Shown piece after piece: positions 1 to 13,589 of a stretch of DNA of 64,000 nucleotides. Below the pieces are notes generated by a model. It did not search any database and was not told the origin of the DNA. It saw nothing but the letters and a program-made list of their open reading frames with translations. Every line of letters starts with the position of its first letter. Position 1 is the stretch's first letter. This DNA comes from Vicugna vicugna. Taxonomy: Eukaryota. Position numbers and translations under genes: made by a program. The stretch spans positions 186,001 to 250,000 of the forward strand of contig MU058065.1 in NCBI GenBank assembly GCA_013265495.1. Reading direction: 5' to 3'.

Positions 1-1329
1 TTTCTTCAAGATAGGAGCTGAGACTAGAAACTCTCATCCCATCCAGACATGCTGGGTTCAAATACAGTCCCTGAGTCTCCTCGTCTCACACTTCTTGCTC
101 ATCTAAACGCTGCTGGTTGTTCTGAACCATAAGCATTCTTTTGGAGATGCTGTCTCTTAGCAAATACCCACTGCACCATTCAGCCCTGAGGTTGGCCAGC
201 CTTGAGTTCACTTCTTTTTATATCTACGAGAAAAATTAATGAAGAGAAGTATTTAAGAGGAGCCCGTTGTTTCTGCTTCATGTGTAGTCTAGACCCTGCC
301 CTCCCCCGCCAGTGTTCTTACCGAGGAAGGGGTCCAGGGAGACCGGCCCCCCGAGGCTGGGAAGGGAGCGCTCTCCTAGGAGGACGAAGGTCCCCTTCCC
401 CCTGTCTTCTTTCTCGCCTCCCCCCACTGCCCATCACGTCTCTTTCCCTCCTTTTTTTGGGCTGGGCCAACCCCTCTCGGCATTATTTTTAGTTCTCCTG
501 CGAAAACACTGACTTGCTTCTCTCTCTCGTGCTTTCTTTTTCCCTTTACCAAGGATGTTCGATGGGGTTTCCGCTCGTGGTTCCAAGGGCGTGGGGACCA
601 TCGCGTGCTGACGCTTAACCCCTTGTGTTTTTCCCCGAGGTCCTTTGTTCAGTTGCTCAGGAACTTTTAATTTTTTCCAGGCTTGTGTGCGGTGTCCAGA
701 CTGTAGGTTTACTGGAGCTTGGCCGGCCTTTCTGTTTGGGGGAAGCTTATTGCTTCACGGAGAGACCATCTGACCGTTGTTATCTGCGACCCGACCCGAG
801 AGACAGAACTGCCAGCGATGAGAGCCAGAGTTCTTCCCAAAGGCCTCCCTGCTGCCCGGCCCATCCACCCACCACGGCGGCCTCGTGAGCTTCTGCTGGG
901 ATGTCTGCACTGTGGTCTCCCTCCCTCCCTCCTGCTCCCTCTCCTTTTGCACCCCTCCTGTCTTTCTTCCTTCCCTTTATGTCTACCTTTCACAGCCATC
1001 TGTGGACCTGGGGCTGCGTCACATCTCTCCAGGAGCAAATACAACGGCAGTTGTAACACTGAGCACAAGCCAGGGAACCATGTCTTCCAGGAGGTGCCTG
1101 ATCTCAGTGAGAATAAAATCCATGCTCTGCATCAGGGCCAGCAAGGCCCTGGGGGTCGGGGCCCTGCCTGTCTCTTCCCATCCCCCACTCATGCCTTCCT
1201 TTGCTCCTCCTGCGCTCAGCGCCCCCGCCTCCTGAAACCTCCGGCTCCAGGACTTGTCACTGGTGTTTCCCTCTGATCCTGCTTTAGCCCAAACACTCCC
1301 CTCGCAGAGACACCTCTGCCCGTCTCCGT

Positions 1330-1532
1330 CTGCCTATATCACGACTGCATATTTTGTTTCAGTTCCTTCAAAGCACAAATCTTCATCTGAAATCATCTCT
1401 GTGTTTGTCTGCTTGCTTGTTTCCTTCCTGCCTTTACCTGCCCCCAAACTCTCTGTCTTTTTCTCCCCGTGGCCCCCAGGGCCTGACCCATAGGTTGTCT
1501 TCAGTCAGTATCTGTTGAATGAATAGGTCAAT
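1330..1532 (+). mobile_element. L2 LINE 3' fragment
   Basis: Ends in an L2-like terminus 'tcagtcagtatctgttgaatgaat'; heavily diverged, approximate limits. Confidence 0.55.
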
Positions 1533-2052
1533 AAATCTAATCGGGGGACATAAGAAATACAAAAATGACATCATAAATAATGATCATAGTCCTCATGGTA
1601 ACGACTGACTTTTTTCTTGGTGTTTTATGTATTCCATCTCCAATCGTCCAAATAATTATGAGAGTCTTACTTTTACATTTTGCCAAAAAAAAAAAAAAAT
1701 GGAGGCTCCCAAGAGTTGGTATTTTCCCAAGGCCACCCACCTGGTGAGGGAAGGACCTGGGCTCCATCCACAGGCAGGTCTGACTCCGGGGCCCTGGCAG
1801 TGATGTCTCATCCAGGTAAACAACCATAACACAAACCAGAGAGAGAGCAACTCCATGAGAGATGCACATAAAATATCGCGGGAATTCAAAGAAGGAAGAC
1901 GTGGCCTCGAGAGCAACAGCAAAGGGTGGTGACAAGGTGATTTTGGTTTTCTGGACTTCTGGAGTCGAGGGAGGTAGGCGGGAGGATTTGGATAGCTGGA
2001 GGTGGAGTGTGAAATCCCAGGGTGTGCTGAAGGAAGACACCAGGAGGCTAGG

Positions 2053-2099
2053 GTGCGCGTGCGTGTGTGTGTGCGTGTGTGTATGCGCACGCGTGTGTG
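2053..2099. repeat. Alternating purine-pyrimidine (GT/GC) microsatellite
   Basis: gtgcgcgtgcgtgtgtgt...gcgcacgcgtgtgtg, read directly from the sequence. Confidence 0.95.
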
Positions 2100-3134
2100 G
2101 TATCGCAGAGAGCAGCGAGACGACAATGACAATATGACTTTAAATGCTATTCTGAGAAAGGTTGTAAGCAGTTGTAGGTGGGAGTATTTCCTTCTTTTAT
2201 GTAAATTCTAACTTCCATTCTTTAAAGACAAAAGCGCCCATCTGTAAGTGAGAGTAAGAGCTGCTTCTGAACGTGCATAATCCCACATTGCTGCTTTAGC
2301 AGACCTTGCTATTTATCTACCAAAAAAAAAAATGTATTTTCCTACCGAGTCACGTTTTAATGTCAGATGTAGGCTAACTGCTCCCAGGCCTATCTAGCCC
2401 GGGGGTGTGGGGTCACGTGTGCCACTTTACCACTGAAACCCAAACCTTCATGATTCAGTGTCTCCATCTACTCAAGTAGGATTTATGTCCCCTGCAGAGT
2501 CGCTGCCCAGATTTTCCCTTGAGTCCCGAGGAAGGCACATCAGCTATGTCCACACCAGTCATCCTTGCTGGCACGGCTGTGCCTTCCCTCTTCTGCCGGA
2601 CACTGCAGTCTTCACAGTGCCTTGGACTCTGTGTTTTGGTCCAAGCCCCCTGCCTACGGCTCCAAACTCAGAGTCCCTAGTTTCCAAATTGGCTGCATTC
2701 CTTTCAGTCCTCCCAGCAGTGGAGCCTCACAGGACAGAGACAAAGACATCCTCTCTTCTGAGGGCTAAGACCTGTGGGGGAGGGCTGGGAACCAGAAGCC
2801 CAAGCACAGCCAAAGGACTGGCATCATAACAGATCCCATTTAGATTGATACCCGTTTGTGGTTAGGGAACCGAGGATGAATGTTATAAACCCCAGTGATG
2901 ACAAGGTGACAGTGACAGTATGATGGAATGGAGGTCATGTACATGCTGTGATTTCCTGATCTTTCAGATGAAGAGATGAAATGTATCATTTTATAGCTGA
3001 TAAAGAAAATGGTAGAAGTAAAAGTATATTTAAAGTAGAGGTATAAAGATAAATATAAAATTGAATAATGGGAGAGGGAGGAAGTAAGTATAATAATTCT
3101 GATCTACTGGTTGCCTTTGTAACTGCAACTCTGT

Positions 3135-4970
3135 CACGGTTTAACATGATGAGGAGAGCAATTAAGAGCGAGGATCCAACAGTTTTGAGTCTACATAACG
3201 TAGCAGCCACACGCATAAAGAAAAAATTTCAGTACGAGATTAGGCGCAATGCTTTATAGGAAGAGCCTTCTGTGCATTCTCTTAGTCCTTGGCAGATCAA
3301 GTAAATGGAAAGCAATAAAAAGCTATAGAAGACCTAAACAGCAAAATTAACAAGGGAAATCCAATTGATATATATCGTATTCAGCTCCATAAATACGAAG
3401 CAGACATTTTCCCCCAGGTGGCCATGGAGTGTTTGCCAAAAAATAACCATATATTAGGATACAGAGAAAACTAAGTGAAGTCCAAAAAGCAGAATCTGTA
3501 CAAAAATCATCTAATTGTAATGGAAAAAATTAGAAGAAAACAAATAACAAAAGGACTACTCATCTGGAAAAAATTTTTTTAAGTTTCTTAGGTAACACGA
3601 AGTCAAAGAGGAATACAAAACCAAAACTGCAGAATATCTAGGAAATAATGAAAGTTAAAACACTACATACCAGAACTTACGTTGTAAAACTATACATTCT
3701 ACTCCATTCTATTTGTAGAAAATAAAAAAGAAAACAAATTAACCAAGAGAAGAAAATAAACCAAAGGAAATGTAGAGGGAGAAAGTTATCAAAGAAGAAA
3801 GCAAAATTGATTAATGAGGGAAAAAAGAAGATTATAGTAAAAAAACAAACCAGATTCACAAACTTGGTAGTAATGGATAATTTTTCTAGGATAACAATTT
3901 ATGAAAACTGACCCCAAAATAGATAGGAGATGGGAACATTAGAAAATGACAACAAAAAGAAAGTTAACAACTCATAATTTGGAAACTAAGTAAATGTATT
4001 ATTAAATAACTCCCAAGTTAACAAGGAAATTATAAAGAAAATTTAAAAATATTTAGTACTGAAAGATATGAAAATACTAGAGTCCAAAATTTGTGGGACA
4101 ACACACACACTTGTACTCAAATGTTTACAGAAGATTTATTCACATGAAATTGGAAACAAATCAAATGTCCATCAACAGGTGAACAGCTAAACAAATTGTG
4201 GTAAATTCAATGGAATCATATTTAGAAATAAAAAGGAAAGAACAATTGGTACATGCAACAATAGGGATGGAGCCCCAAACCATTATGCGGAGAAAAAAAG
4301 ATCAGTCATAGAAGAGTACATTCTAGATGATTCCACTTAAATAAAGAGAGATATGATTATCATTACTTGCTGTTGATATGATCACCAATATAGAAAAATA
4401 AGAGCCTGGGCCAATTTTTAGAACTAATAAGAGAGAGTGGAACACGATTGCTGGACACCAAGTCATCCCATAAAAATCTATAGCAGTTCACAACAATATT
4501 ATCCAACCAGATAATGTAATTGAAAAACTGCCCTATTCACAATAGCAAATGATACAGTTTCTAGGAGTTAGCTTGACCAAGAGTTCCTAAGACCTTTATG
4601 GAGAAAATAGTAAAAGACATAGAAGACGTTCAGGGAAATGGGAGAGATATCCATTCTCTGGGTTGGGACAAATTTACCTACAATTTCAGTGTAACTCTAA
4701 TCAAAATTACATTCGGATTTCTAAAAAGAAACTTAATAAACTTAATAAACTTACCCTAAAATGTATATGGAGGAATAAAGGTCTACAGATTGTTAATTAA
4801 AAAATAGAAAGTAGGTGTGTGACTTGTCCTATCAGTTATCATGACACACTTCCTACATTTAGAAAAACAAGAGAAATATTAATACCAAATCATTTCATCA
4901 GACCAATGATCAGAATGAAGAGCTGAAGGCCAGGAATGTTTAGTTTTTATAAATTATATTTAAAGAAGAA
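3135..4970 (+). mobile_element. Old, fragmented L1 (L1M-type): ORF2 endonuclease, RT and 3'UTR pieces
   Basis: A-rich plus strand. Decayed EN-like peptide FNMMRRAIKSEDPTVLSLH resembles L1 YIMVKGSIQQEELTILNIY. L1 3' motif 'aaatgtccatcaacaggtgaa' at ~4163. Confidence 0.75.
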
Positions 4971-4979
4971 AAACTACAA

Positions 4980-5980
4980 TATTAGGGTTCTCCAGAGAAA
5001 TAGATCCAATGGGATGTCTGTCTGTCTGTCTGTCTATCTATCCATCTATCTATCTATCCATATATAGAGAGATTTATTCTAAGGAATTGGTTCAAATGAT
5101 GTCAAGAGTTTAGCTAAGCTACCTCATGTCATTGCTGTCTTGACATCCATTTTATTTGTCCAGGTTGCTTGTAGGGGCCTTAAACTGATGATAGCCCCTC
5201 ATGTAAGCACATGCCCTAGAAAACAACCTGCTGGGTCCCAAATAAACTCAAGTTCCTGATCTGACTTCCTCAAGGCTCTTGTTACAGTTTTCCCCACTCC
5301 CAGGATCTTCCCCTGGGCACCCCTTACATAAGACCCCTGTAGAACTTATCAAAACCCCACTCTTTCTGGTTTGAATTGACTAATCTGGCCTTAGCCTAGG
5401 TCCCCCAAAGCACTCCACCCATTTAATAGTAATAAAGGCACCTGCCCCAGGTCCCATCTCTGTCTCCTCTTCCCCCCTGCTTTGACCTCCCTGTGTGGCC
5501 CTTTGAGATCTGCTGTGTACTTCCTCCAGGACCCGTGAGTAATAAACATCTCTATTTCAACTTCTCCTGTGGTCTTTTGTTGAACTGTGGCTCACCATCC
5601 AGCACCCTGGGGCTCTACTTAACAAATATTGATTTAACAGTCATAACACATAATTACAGAGGCTGGCAAATCCAAAATCTGCAGGGCGAACCAGTAAACT
5701 GGAGATCCATGAAAGAGCTGCCTATGCTGCAGGTTAAGCTTGAAGACTACCTGCTGCAGAATTCCCTCTTGCTCAGAAGAGGTCCAGCTCTAGTTCTAAT
5801 TGTGCCTTCAACTGATTGGATGAGGCCCACCCACATGCTGGAGGGCAGTCTGCTTTACTCAAATCCACCAATTTAAATGTTAATCTCAAAAACACCCTCA
5901 CATAAAACATCCAGAATAATATTTGATCACATATCTGAGCACTGTGCCTGGTGAAACTGATGCATAAAGTTAACCCTCAC
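4980..5980 (-). mobile_element. MLT2-type (ERVL) solo LTR, interrupted by another LTR
   Basis: 'ttagggttctccagagaaa' + TA-rich tract + 'gagatttatt..aaggaattgg', resumes at ~5650 with 'gaggctggcaaatccaaaatctgcagg', and ends 'aagttaaccctcac'. Confidence 0.85.
5097..5648 (+). mobile_element. ERV1-like solo LTR nested in MLT2
   Basis: TG...CA bounded ~550-bp block that splits the MLT2. AATAAA at ~5541 is followed by U5-like sequence. TSD not clear. Confidence 0.7.
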
Positions 5981-8290
5981 CTCTACATATCCAATTAAAC
6001 TTGGATATAGAAAAACTTGGAGAAAAAAACATGTAGCTCCTTTCCAGGTGTCTCAAATAAAGGTGAATTTTAAATGGGTTTAATTAGATAATTAAATTTC
6101 GAAGAAAATTTAGTAGGAAGAAACACAGGTTATCTTTGTTACCTAGCACAGAGAAGAAATTTTAAAATAAAATGTCAAAAGCTAGATCATAAGCTAAAAA
6201 TCTGAGCTATTTGATTACATCAGAATTAAAGATTTCTATTCAACAAGGGTCCTCATGACCAAAGTGGCTAGATCAATGACAGAATAAGAGAAGGTATTTG
6301 CAATGTCTAAGCCAAGGACTTATATCTAGATTAATCAAGAAACTTTTGAAAAGCAAAAAGAAAAACATAGCAAGTCCAATTAGAAAGTGGGCAAAGGATA
6401 TGAACAGGCAGGATGCTGATGAGGACACCTCAAAAGCTAACTAGTATTTGAAGAGGAATAAAAATCAAAATTAATGCAGCAGTAGTATATGGTGTATACC
6501 TACTGGGCTGACAACAGTTAGAAAACTAGATAGTCAGGGGTTCATGAAACAGAAATCCTTATATACTGCTGGTATATGCTTATATACTGCTGGTATATCC
6601 TATATATACTGAAATGGCCATTTCAGTCAGCTTAGACAGACACATACCCTATGATTAGGAAGTCCACCAGATGAATTCTCACATAGGTTCCTAAGGAGCC
6701 ATGTACAAGGATGTTGATTGCAGAGCCACTTGTGGTGACAGGGGACCTGGGTGCCCATTAGCCAAGGGTAGAGATGTACCACCTTGAAGTTTACTGCACA
6801 ATTGGAGGCAGTGGACCCCATGTTTGCACAGTGACATGGATGGGTCTTAAAACACAGTGCTAGAGAAACAAGGTAACAAATGGAATGAGACCTACAGGTC
6901 GGCTCTTGGTGTCCTTAGGTTCTGCACCCGTAGATGTGCAGGGCCGAGTGCACTGAGCCGTTTTATACATAAGGACTTGAGCATCATTGGATTTTGGTAT
7001 CCATGGGCGTCCCAGTCCCCTGGGGATCCCGTGGGATGATGATAGAACAATAGCATTTCCGTGAATCAAAAAATGCAGGCGCAGAAAAACAATGCACAAT
7101 TTTCAAGGACATTTTTTTTTTTAGAAAGACATTCATTCAACATGTTAGAATGGTTGCCTCGATAAGGGGGAGGGGGAGAGGAGGGAGCATGAGGGTGAAA
7201 AGGAAGAGATATTTGGAAAGAATAAACTAGAGGGGCCTTGTGAAAGCAACGATTATCATGTGTCATGAATCGAAGGGTCTGATAAACCTAACATTCTGTT
7301 CCTGAGGCTTAAAAAAACAGAACAGAACTGAAATATAAACTAGACAAATAATGTAAACAAAATAGAGAAGTTTGTGAAAGCAAAACCTTGGAAAGCCCCA
7401 GGGCCAGATGGTTTCACAGAGAGGTCCTACCACAGCGTTAAGGAACAGAAGACAGCTCCTGAGTTGCTCAGCTGTTTCTGAGCAGAAAAAGAGAACGCTT
7501 CTAAAGTGAGTTTTAGAAGGCCAGGATCATATTGTCCTCACAGCCCAACAACGGGAGCACAAAAAAGAAAGCCATGAATGATACGACGTGGCTATCAAAT
7601 GCAAAAAGCCTAAACAGAATACTAGCAGACAGACTCCAACAGCACACTAAAAAAATAGTCCACCACGATGAAGGGTTTATTTTGGGGACAGAAGGTTGAT
7701 TTTCAGGTAGGAAGTTTAACATAACTTAGCAAATCAGTAGTTGGAACTATGAAGGTCATTTGTCCCAAGATATATGGAGAAGGTATTTGATAAAATTTAA
7801 TATTCATTTTTTTTAATTCAAAAAGGCTCCATAACAAAACAGAAAGGAATGGAAACCTGTATAGTCATCAGTGGGACCAGTTATGTAAATTAAGATGCAG
7901 ACATAATGAAACGTTCTGTGCTGGTAAGAGAGAGAAAGAGAAAGTCTTTATTTCTGATGTGGAAAGATCTTCAAGATACATTGTTAAATGGAAAAGTAAG
8001 ATGCATCAGAGGAAGTACTGTATATTAACAGTATGTAGGGAGAGGAGGAAAAAAAGATGTGTTTGTGTTGCCTTGCATATATAAATTTATAAACAATATC
8101 CAGAAGGATTAAAAAAAGTGAAAATCATGGTTCCTGGTGTGTGCGCGCACACACGTGTGTGTTGGGGGAGGGGTGGGAACCGAACGGGTGAAGGAAGGCT
8201 TTTTATAGTATACTACTTTTTTGTACTTTTTGTTGTTTGAGTTAAATGAATCTGTTACTGATTCAAAATAATAGATAACTTGAAAAAGAA
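5981..8290 (+). mobile_element. Old L1 fragments (ORF2 C-terminus/3'UTR; RT N-terminal piece at 7320-7810)
   Basis: 'aaagtgggcaaaggatatgaacaggca' and 'gccccagggccagatggtttcacag' (PGPDGFT motif); L1ME-like 3'UTR at 7830-8290. Confidence 0.75.
6895..7043. mobile_element. Tigger-family MITE (MER2-like) inserted in L1
   Basis: 'ta caggtcggc...ggttctgcacccgt' and 'ggacttgagcatc..tggattttggtatcc' match MER2/Tigger-type sequence; TA flanks. Confidence 0.65.
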
Positions 8291-8944
8291 ATTAAAAACT
8301 TGTGCTACGATGATTAGCTGTGCTGTCTGTCACTCTGAGTGGTAGTCCTTCCAGTGGTGCTTTCTGATACAGTCTTGGATTAAATTGAAAAATAAATAAA
8401 TGGTCATGATTCTTTTGGAAATGTAACCATCAGATTGTAAAACCTGGAGTGGACTTGAATGATCATCTGCTGAAACCCAAAGCCTCATTTGCCAAGTGAG
8501 AAACGTGACACCCAGAGAAGGTAAGTGGTCTGGTTTACCTACCGTCAGAGTTCAGGTGTCTTGCATTTTCTTATTGGTTTCCTGGCAACTTTAGTTATCA
8601 TTTGTATGATTCATTTTAGGCTATTCTGTCACCCTGTTCTTAGTTAGGTGGCTTTTTCTCAGTATTTATTGTGTAGTCACTACTTCATGTTTCTTCCAAA
8701 CTCGTTTTCTCCCAGTGGGGAATTAGGTCCTGAAATTCATGGCCAAAGATTGAACAACAACTAAACTTACCTGTATACAGAAACATTTTGCTTGGGGTCC
8801 TATTCTGAAGTTATGAATTATATGAAACTCCAAGGAATAGGAAATTAATTCCAGTAATTTGGGGACTCCGTGAGAGTTTGTTTTGTTTTGCTTTAACAAA
8901 AACAATAAATAATAAAACTAACATGTGTTCTCTTTATAAGAAAG

Positions 8945-9110
8945 GAACTCAGTTAAGTGCTCTATGTGCCTTAACCCATTCAATCTTCATAATCGCCCTA
9001 TGAAACAGATACTGTCATGAAACCCATTTTACAGAGGAAGGAACTGAGGCTTTACAGAGGCTAACTCAACTCAAGTTCACACAACTGGTCAGTAGTAGGG
9101 CGGAGTTGCA
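8945..9110 (-). mobile_element. MIR SINE
   Basis: MIR core in reverse: 'cccattttacagaggaaggaactgaggc'. Confidence 0.8.
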
Positions 9111-9879
9111 GTCATAGGAGGTCTAACACCAAAATTACATCCTTTATTGTTTTTTGGGTACCCCTGTCATAAGTTTTTTTTTTTTTTAAATGTATCTCCG
9201 GATCCAGTTTCCTTCCCCATTTCTCCTCTCATACCTACTGAGTTAGAAACATCTTCTATTTATGTTTTCATGAATTTCTGAATGCAGTGAGTTCAGATGG
9301 CAGTCTACCAACAGTTCTCTATTCATTGACACTTCATCTTGTCCAAGACTCCATTTAAGAGGAAATCAGAAGGTTGCAAGTTTATTTCTCTTTGTCAGGA
9401 ACTTTGGCAAGAACAATTTTGAGTGATAGTCATTTGTTAACATGAGACTAAGTTAGGTTATAGCCATAAGAGCAATATGTTAATTTGTAAAGATTTTTTC
9501 CTTAAAGAAATTGGTTCCTGAGTGTTAAAATAACTCAAATGCATTAAAGGTTATGCATTATGACTTTTACAGAAATGCTGCTTGCATTGATTTTAAGTCA
9601 AAATAGTAAGTCAAATAAAGTCAATAATCGGCTGTCTAAATAAGGATCTTAGGAGATCTCTTTAATACATAAAGATGATTTATAATGTACTCCCCAGTAA
9701 GCATTTTAATGTTTATAACAAATAAATATTTTAAAGGGCTTAAAATATTTTTCTTCAATGGTTTCGATATTTTTGGCCACCTCTTATTTACAAAAATATG
9801 GTTGATTTACTTATGTAGCAGGATGCTGAATTGGAGGTTTTACTGCAGTGTCAAGATATAACAGATGTTCACATCACAT

Positions 9880-11012
9880 ACATATACAAATACAAATTAA
9901 CTGAAAATGAACCAAAGACCTTAATGTAACAGATAAAATGATAAAACTCTTGAAAGAAAACATAGTTGTAAATCTTCATTACCTTGGATTAAGCAATGGT
10001 TTCTTAGCCATGACACCTAAAACACAAGCAAACAAACAAAAAGAGATAAATTGGACTTCATCAAAGTTAAAAACCTTTATGCCTCAGAGAACACTATCAA
10101 GAAAGTGAAATGACCACCCACCGAATGGGAGAAAGAATTTGCAAATCATGTATCTGATAGGAGTCTGGGACTGAGAGTAAAGAACTCTTCCAAATCAACA
10201 ACAAAAAGACATATTACTCAATTAAAAACCGGGCAAAAGATATGAATAGACATTTCAGCAAAGAAGATATACAAAAGGCCAATTAGCCATCATAGAAATG
10301 CAAATTAAAATCATAATGATATACCATTTCACACCCCCTAAACTGGCTGTAATAAAAAAGACAGACAACAACAAACATTGACAAAAATGCGGAGAAGACA
10401 ACAAATGAAGACACAAATGCATGTGGGCTTGCAAAACGGTGTAGCAATTTGAAAAAAATAGGCTGGCAGTTTCTGAAAGTGTCAACATAGAGTTACTGTG
10501 TCACCCAGCAATTCCACTCAAGTATAAACCCAAGAGAACTGAAAACATATGTCCACACAAAAACTTGTACACATCATTCATAAGAGATAAAACGTGAAAA
10601 CAACCTAAATGCCCATCAACTAATGAGTGGATAAACAGAACGTGGTATATCTATACAATGGTATTATTCAGCCACAAAAAGGCATGAGATACTGACATGT
10701 GCTACAATATGGATGAAACTTGAAAACACTATGTTAAGTAAAAGAAGCCACGTGTTGTATAATTCCACGTGTGTGAAATGTCCAGTATAGGCACATTTAT
10801 AGAGATAGGAGGTAGACTAGTAGCTGCCGGGACTGCGGCGAGTGGAGAATGAGGAGGGTCTGCTCACGGGTACCAGGATTCTTTTCGGGGTGATGGGAAT
10901 GTTCAGGAATTAGTGGCGATGGCTGTACAGCCTCATGGCTTAGAATCCACTGAATTGCACACTTTAAATAAATGAATTTTATAATTTATGAATTATATCT
11001 TAATTTTAAAAA
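9880..11012 (+). mobile_element. L1MA/MB-type 3' region (ORF2 C-terminus + 3'UTR + A-tail)
   Basis: 'ttggacttcatcaaagttaaaaac', 'gaaatgcaaattaaaa', 'acccagcaattccactc' and 'ccactgaattgcacactttaaa', then an A-rich tail. Confidence 0.9.
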
Positions 11013-12612
11013 AAGATGCAATAAATGTCCAATACCAAATTTACCTACGAGCAGATCATCCACCCATAGGCACAGTTCGAAAGATACATTCTAGAATCAG
11101 CGATAATCTCTTACCCAAGTGACTCTCACCTGGAGGAAGGATATGAAAGAGTCAAGGATGTGGAAATTAGGGGATGATTTGTCAGGAGGAATTTGATGGT
11201 GAGAGCTATGCCGGAAGCCCCAAGCCTCCAAGGGCTGGGGTGCGGGGTACTTTCCCCTTTGAGCTAAATCTAATCTCACTCGGAGAGCTGTGTGTCAGGC
11301 ATTCCTGGGCACGGGGGTCAGGTGCCTGGCACAGACCTCAGCAAACCAAAGTGGTTGTGCCAGCAGATGAAGGACTACATCTAGGAACTACTGACCCTGA
11401 CTTCTGATGCCTCCAGAGCCCAGCTGTGGAACCCCGGGCTGGAATAGCGTCCTGGGGATCCCAGCTGCGGAGAGTCCTTCTGGGAAAGGAAGATGACAGG
11501 GATGGAGCCGGGCCTGAAAAGAAGGCTCTGCTCCTGACAAATTTATATCCAGACCATCCCAGGAACTGGTCTCCACTGAACCCATAAAAGCATCCTCATG
11601 AGATAGTGTCAGCTTGAAACATCCCATAGTCCCAGGGGATATGGGACCGCTTTACGACAGTACTAAGCAAGTCAGAACTCTTCACCTGTGTACCCCTCCT
11701 CCATTCCTGCTTGGATCTTGGCAAGGCTGAGAAAGAGCAGCTGGTGAGTCAGGAAGGAAGTAGCGGGTGGAGAGAGAATGAGAATGACCCCACTGCTCCA
11801 TCTCAAGTGGTCCTACCGAGACTCGTGGAGGGGGAGGACACACCACTGGTCGCTGGTGGATCCCTTTTCAAAGCCCTTAGCCATGCTGCTGTGCTGGGAG
11901 GGACGATGAACCTCTCTCTCCAGGCGACATCGACCCTTGATTCCTAGCAGTGAATTTAAAGCAGACACGGCAGGGCAGTGATGTAACACAGAAGAAAGAG
12001 CCATTGTGCTAACGGAGCAGGAAGGAAGCGCCGCCTTGGGCGGACCTACGGTGCCCCTCTAATCTCTGCGTCTTCCAGGAAATGTTCATTCGTGTGGAGG
12101 GTCTTTCCAAATGTCCAGCTCTGCCTTCCAGCAAGATAAACACTTTCCTGTACAAAAGTGAAAGAAAAAGAGGAAGCGCTTGCCAAGAAAATAACACAGA
12201 GCTAAACAGCCTGATGAGCTGTTTCCTTAGCATTTTCTTAGCAGGTTGATGACTGTGGAAAATATTCACCGATAAGCGCTTTCTCACCTGTGGCACCTCT
12301 ACTACTGCATACGTTAATTTCTTTAACAAGTAATGATCAGCACTTTCTACAGAGTGTCTTGATGTTAGAGGCTTCGTAGGTTTATTTCCGGAGGGGGTGT
12401 AATAACAAAGTGTATGTCGTGATAGCTTCTACAAGTTTATGTCATTCATTAAAGTTTGGCAAAGGACCTAGCAGTGCACACACGTGTTTCTACCTAGGGT
12501 GGAAGGAGGGGCTTTGAAATATGATATTTGGTTAAATACTTGGTAAGTTAGCACAGAACTTCACAGTCACAAATGAGATAGTTCCAGGTGGCATTATTTT
12601 GACTGCTCTCTT

Positions 12613-12721
12613 TTTTCAATTAAAAAAAATTTTTTAAAAAAGTGAAGGTACTGGGGATTGAACCCAGGACCCTGTGCATGCTAAACATGCGCTCTACCAC
12701 TGAGCTATACCCTCCCCCACG
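12613..12721 (-). mobile_element. tRNA-derived camelid-type SINE (Vic-1-like)
   Basis: Reverse strand reads GGGGAGGGTATAGCTCAGTGGTAGAGCGCATGTTTAGCATGCACAGGGTCCTGGGTTCAATCCCCAGTACC, with A and B boxes and an A/T tail. TSD ttgactgYtctctt at 12599-12612 and 12722-12735. Confidence 0.9.
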
Positions 12722-13589
12722 TTGACTGTTCTCTTGAAGTACTCCCTTCAAAAAATAGTCATCTCTACCTACGATTAAGAAAGGATGCTTCTCATTCTGC
12801 ATATTTTTATCAGTGAAGAGAAAAATAATTTTCACTGCATACGTACTCTAAAAAGAAACCTATTTCTAAGCTACATATTGAGCAATCATATTTACACTAT
12901 TTTGACCATGCAGCCCAATGAAATCGGAATCAGTAGATTCTGGTGTGTAAACCCTGATCTAGTCCTGTCCTCATATTTTGCAGAGAAGGACACTGAAGCC
13001 CAGACATGAAGTGTCAAAGGTGAGTTTGTCTAATTCTAAGGCCAGCCCGCCATCCAGTGCCTGATGCTGCCGGCAGATTGGAAGTACCTGGAATGCGGCC
13101 AAAACCATCCATCAGACGTCTTGAACAATTTCCTCAAAGCTCTTACTCAAAGTCAACTTGGCCCAAACAGTAGGAATTACAGTGGCGAAGTCCATTTTGT
13201 CTGCTAGCTTTGTTCCTTCCGATTGAGGAAAAGAGGAAAGGAACTTTATAGCTCGCCCTGGATCGGCAGACATCATCACGACACTGTGATTTCAGCCTCT
13301 CTACACCTGGATGGTCTGGGGCTGCAGCAGCTTGTTGATAGCTGTGAATTTGCAGCGTTTCACCTTGCTACCTGTTGTTCAGGACCAGGATGATCTTAAT
13401 GGACTTTGGCCCACATGGATCCTATAGAAGCCTGCTCTGTCCTTCCCCTCCTCCAAGCCAACACATCAAAAGTCAGAAGGAATCAGGAACCAGTCTGCGA
13501 GTAGTCAGCAGTGGCGTTTCCTAGACTGGCTGTTGGCATTCTTTGTTCATAAAGCATCTGATGATGGAGGAAGGAAGCCTGGATTCAGC

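Noticed and set aside
719..1276. 185-aa ORF
   Set aside because: Pro/Leu/Cys-rich composition typical of C-rich non-coding DNA, non-ATG start and no recognisable domain.
6558..6610. 21-bp tandem duplication (similar short repeats at 47253-47292 and 59572-59631)
   Set aside because: Ordinary slippage duplications with no unique spacers, so not CRISPR-like.
12057..12250. Plus-strand acceptor (ctctaat...cttccag|g) followed by a short open frame
   Set aside because: No good donor downstream and the peptide is unrecognisable.
12643..12718. tRNA-Ala-like gene on the minus strand
   Set aside because: It has an A/T tail and 14-bp target-site duplications, and matches the camelid tRNA-derived SINE pattern, so it is not a tRNA gene.
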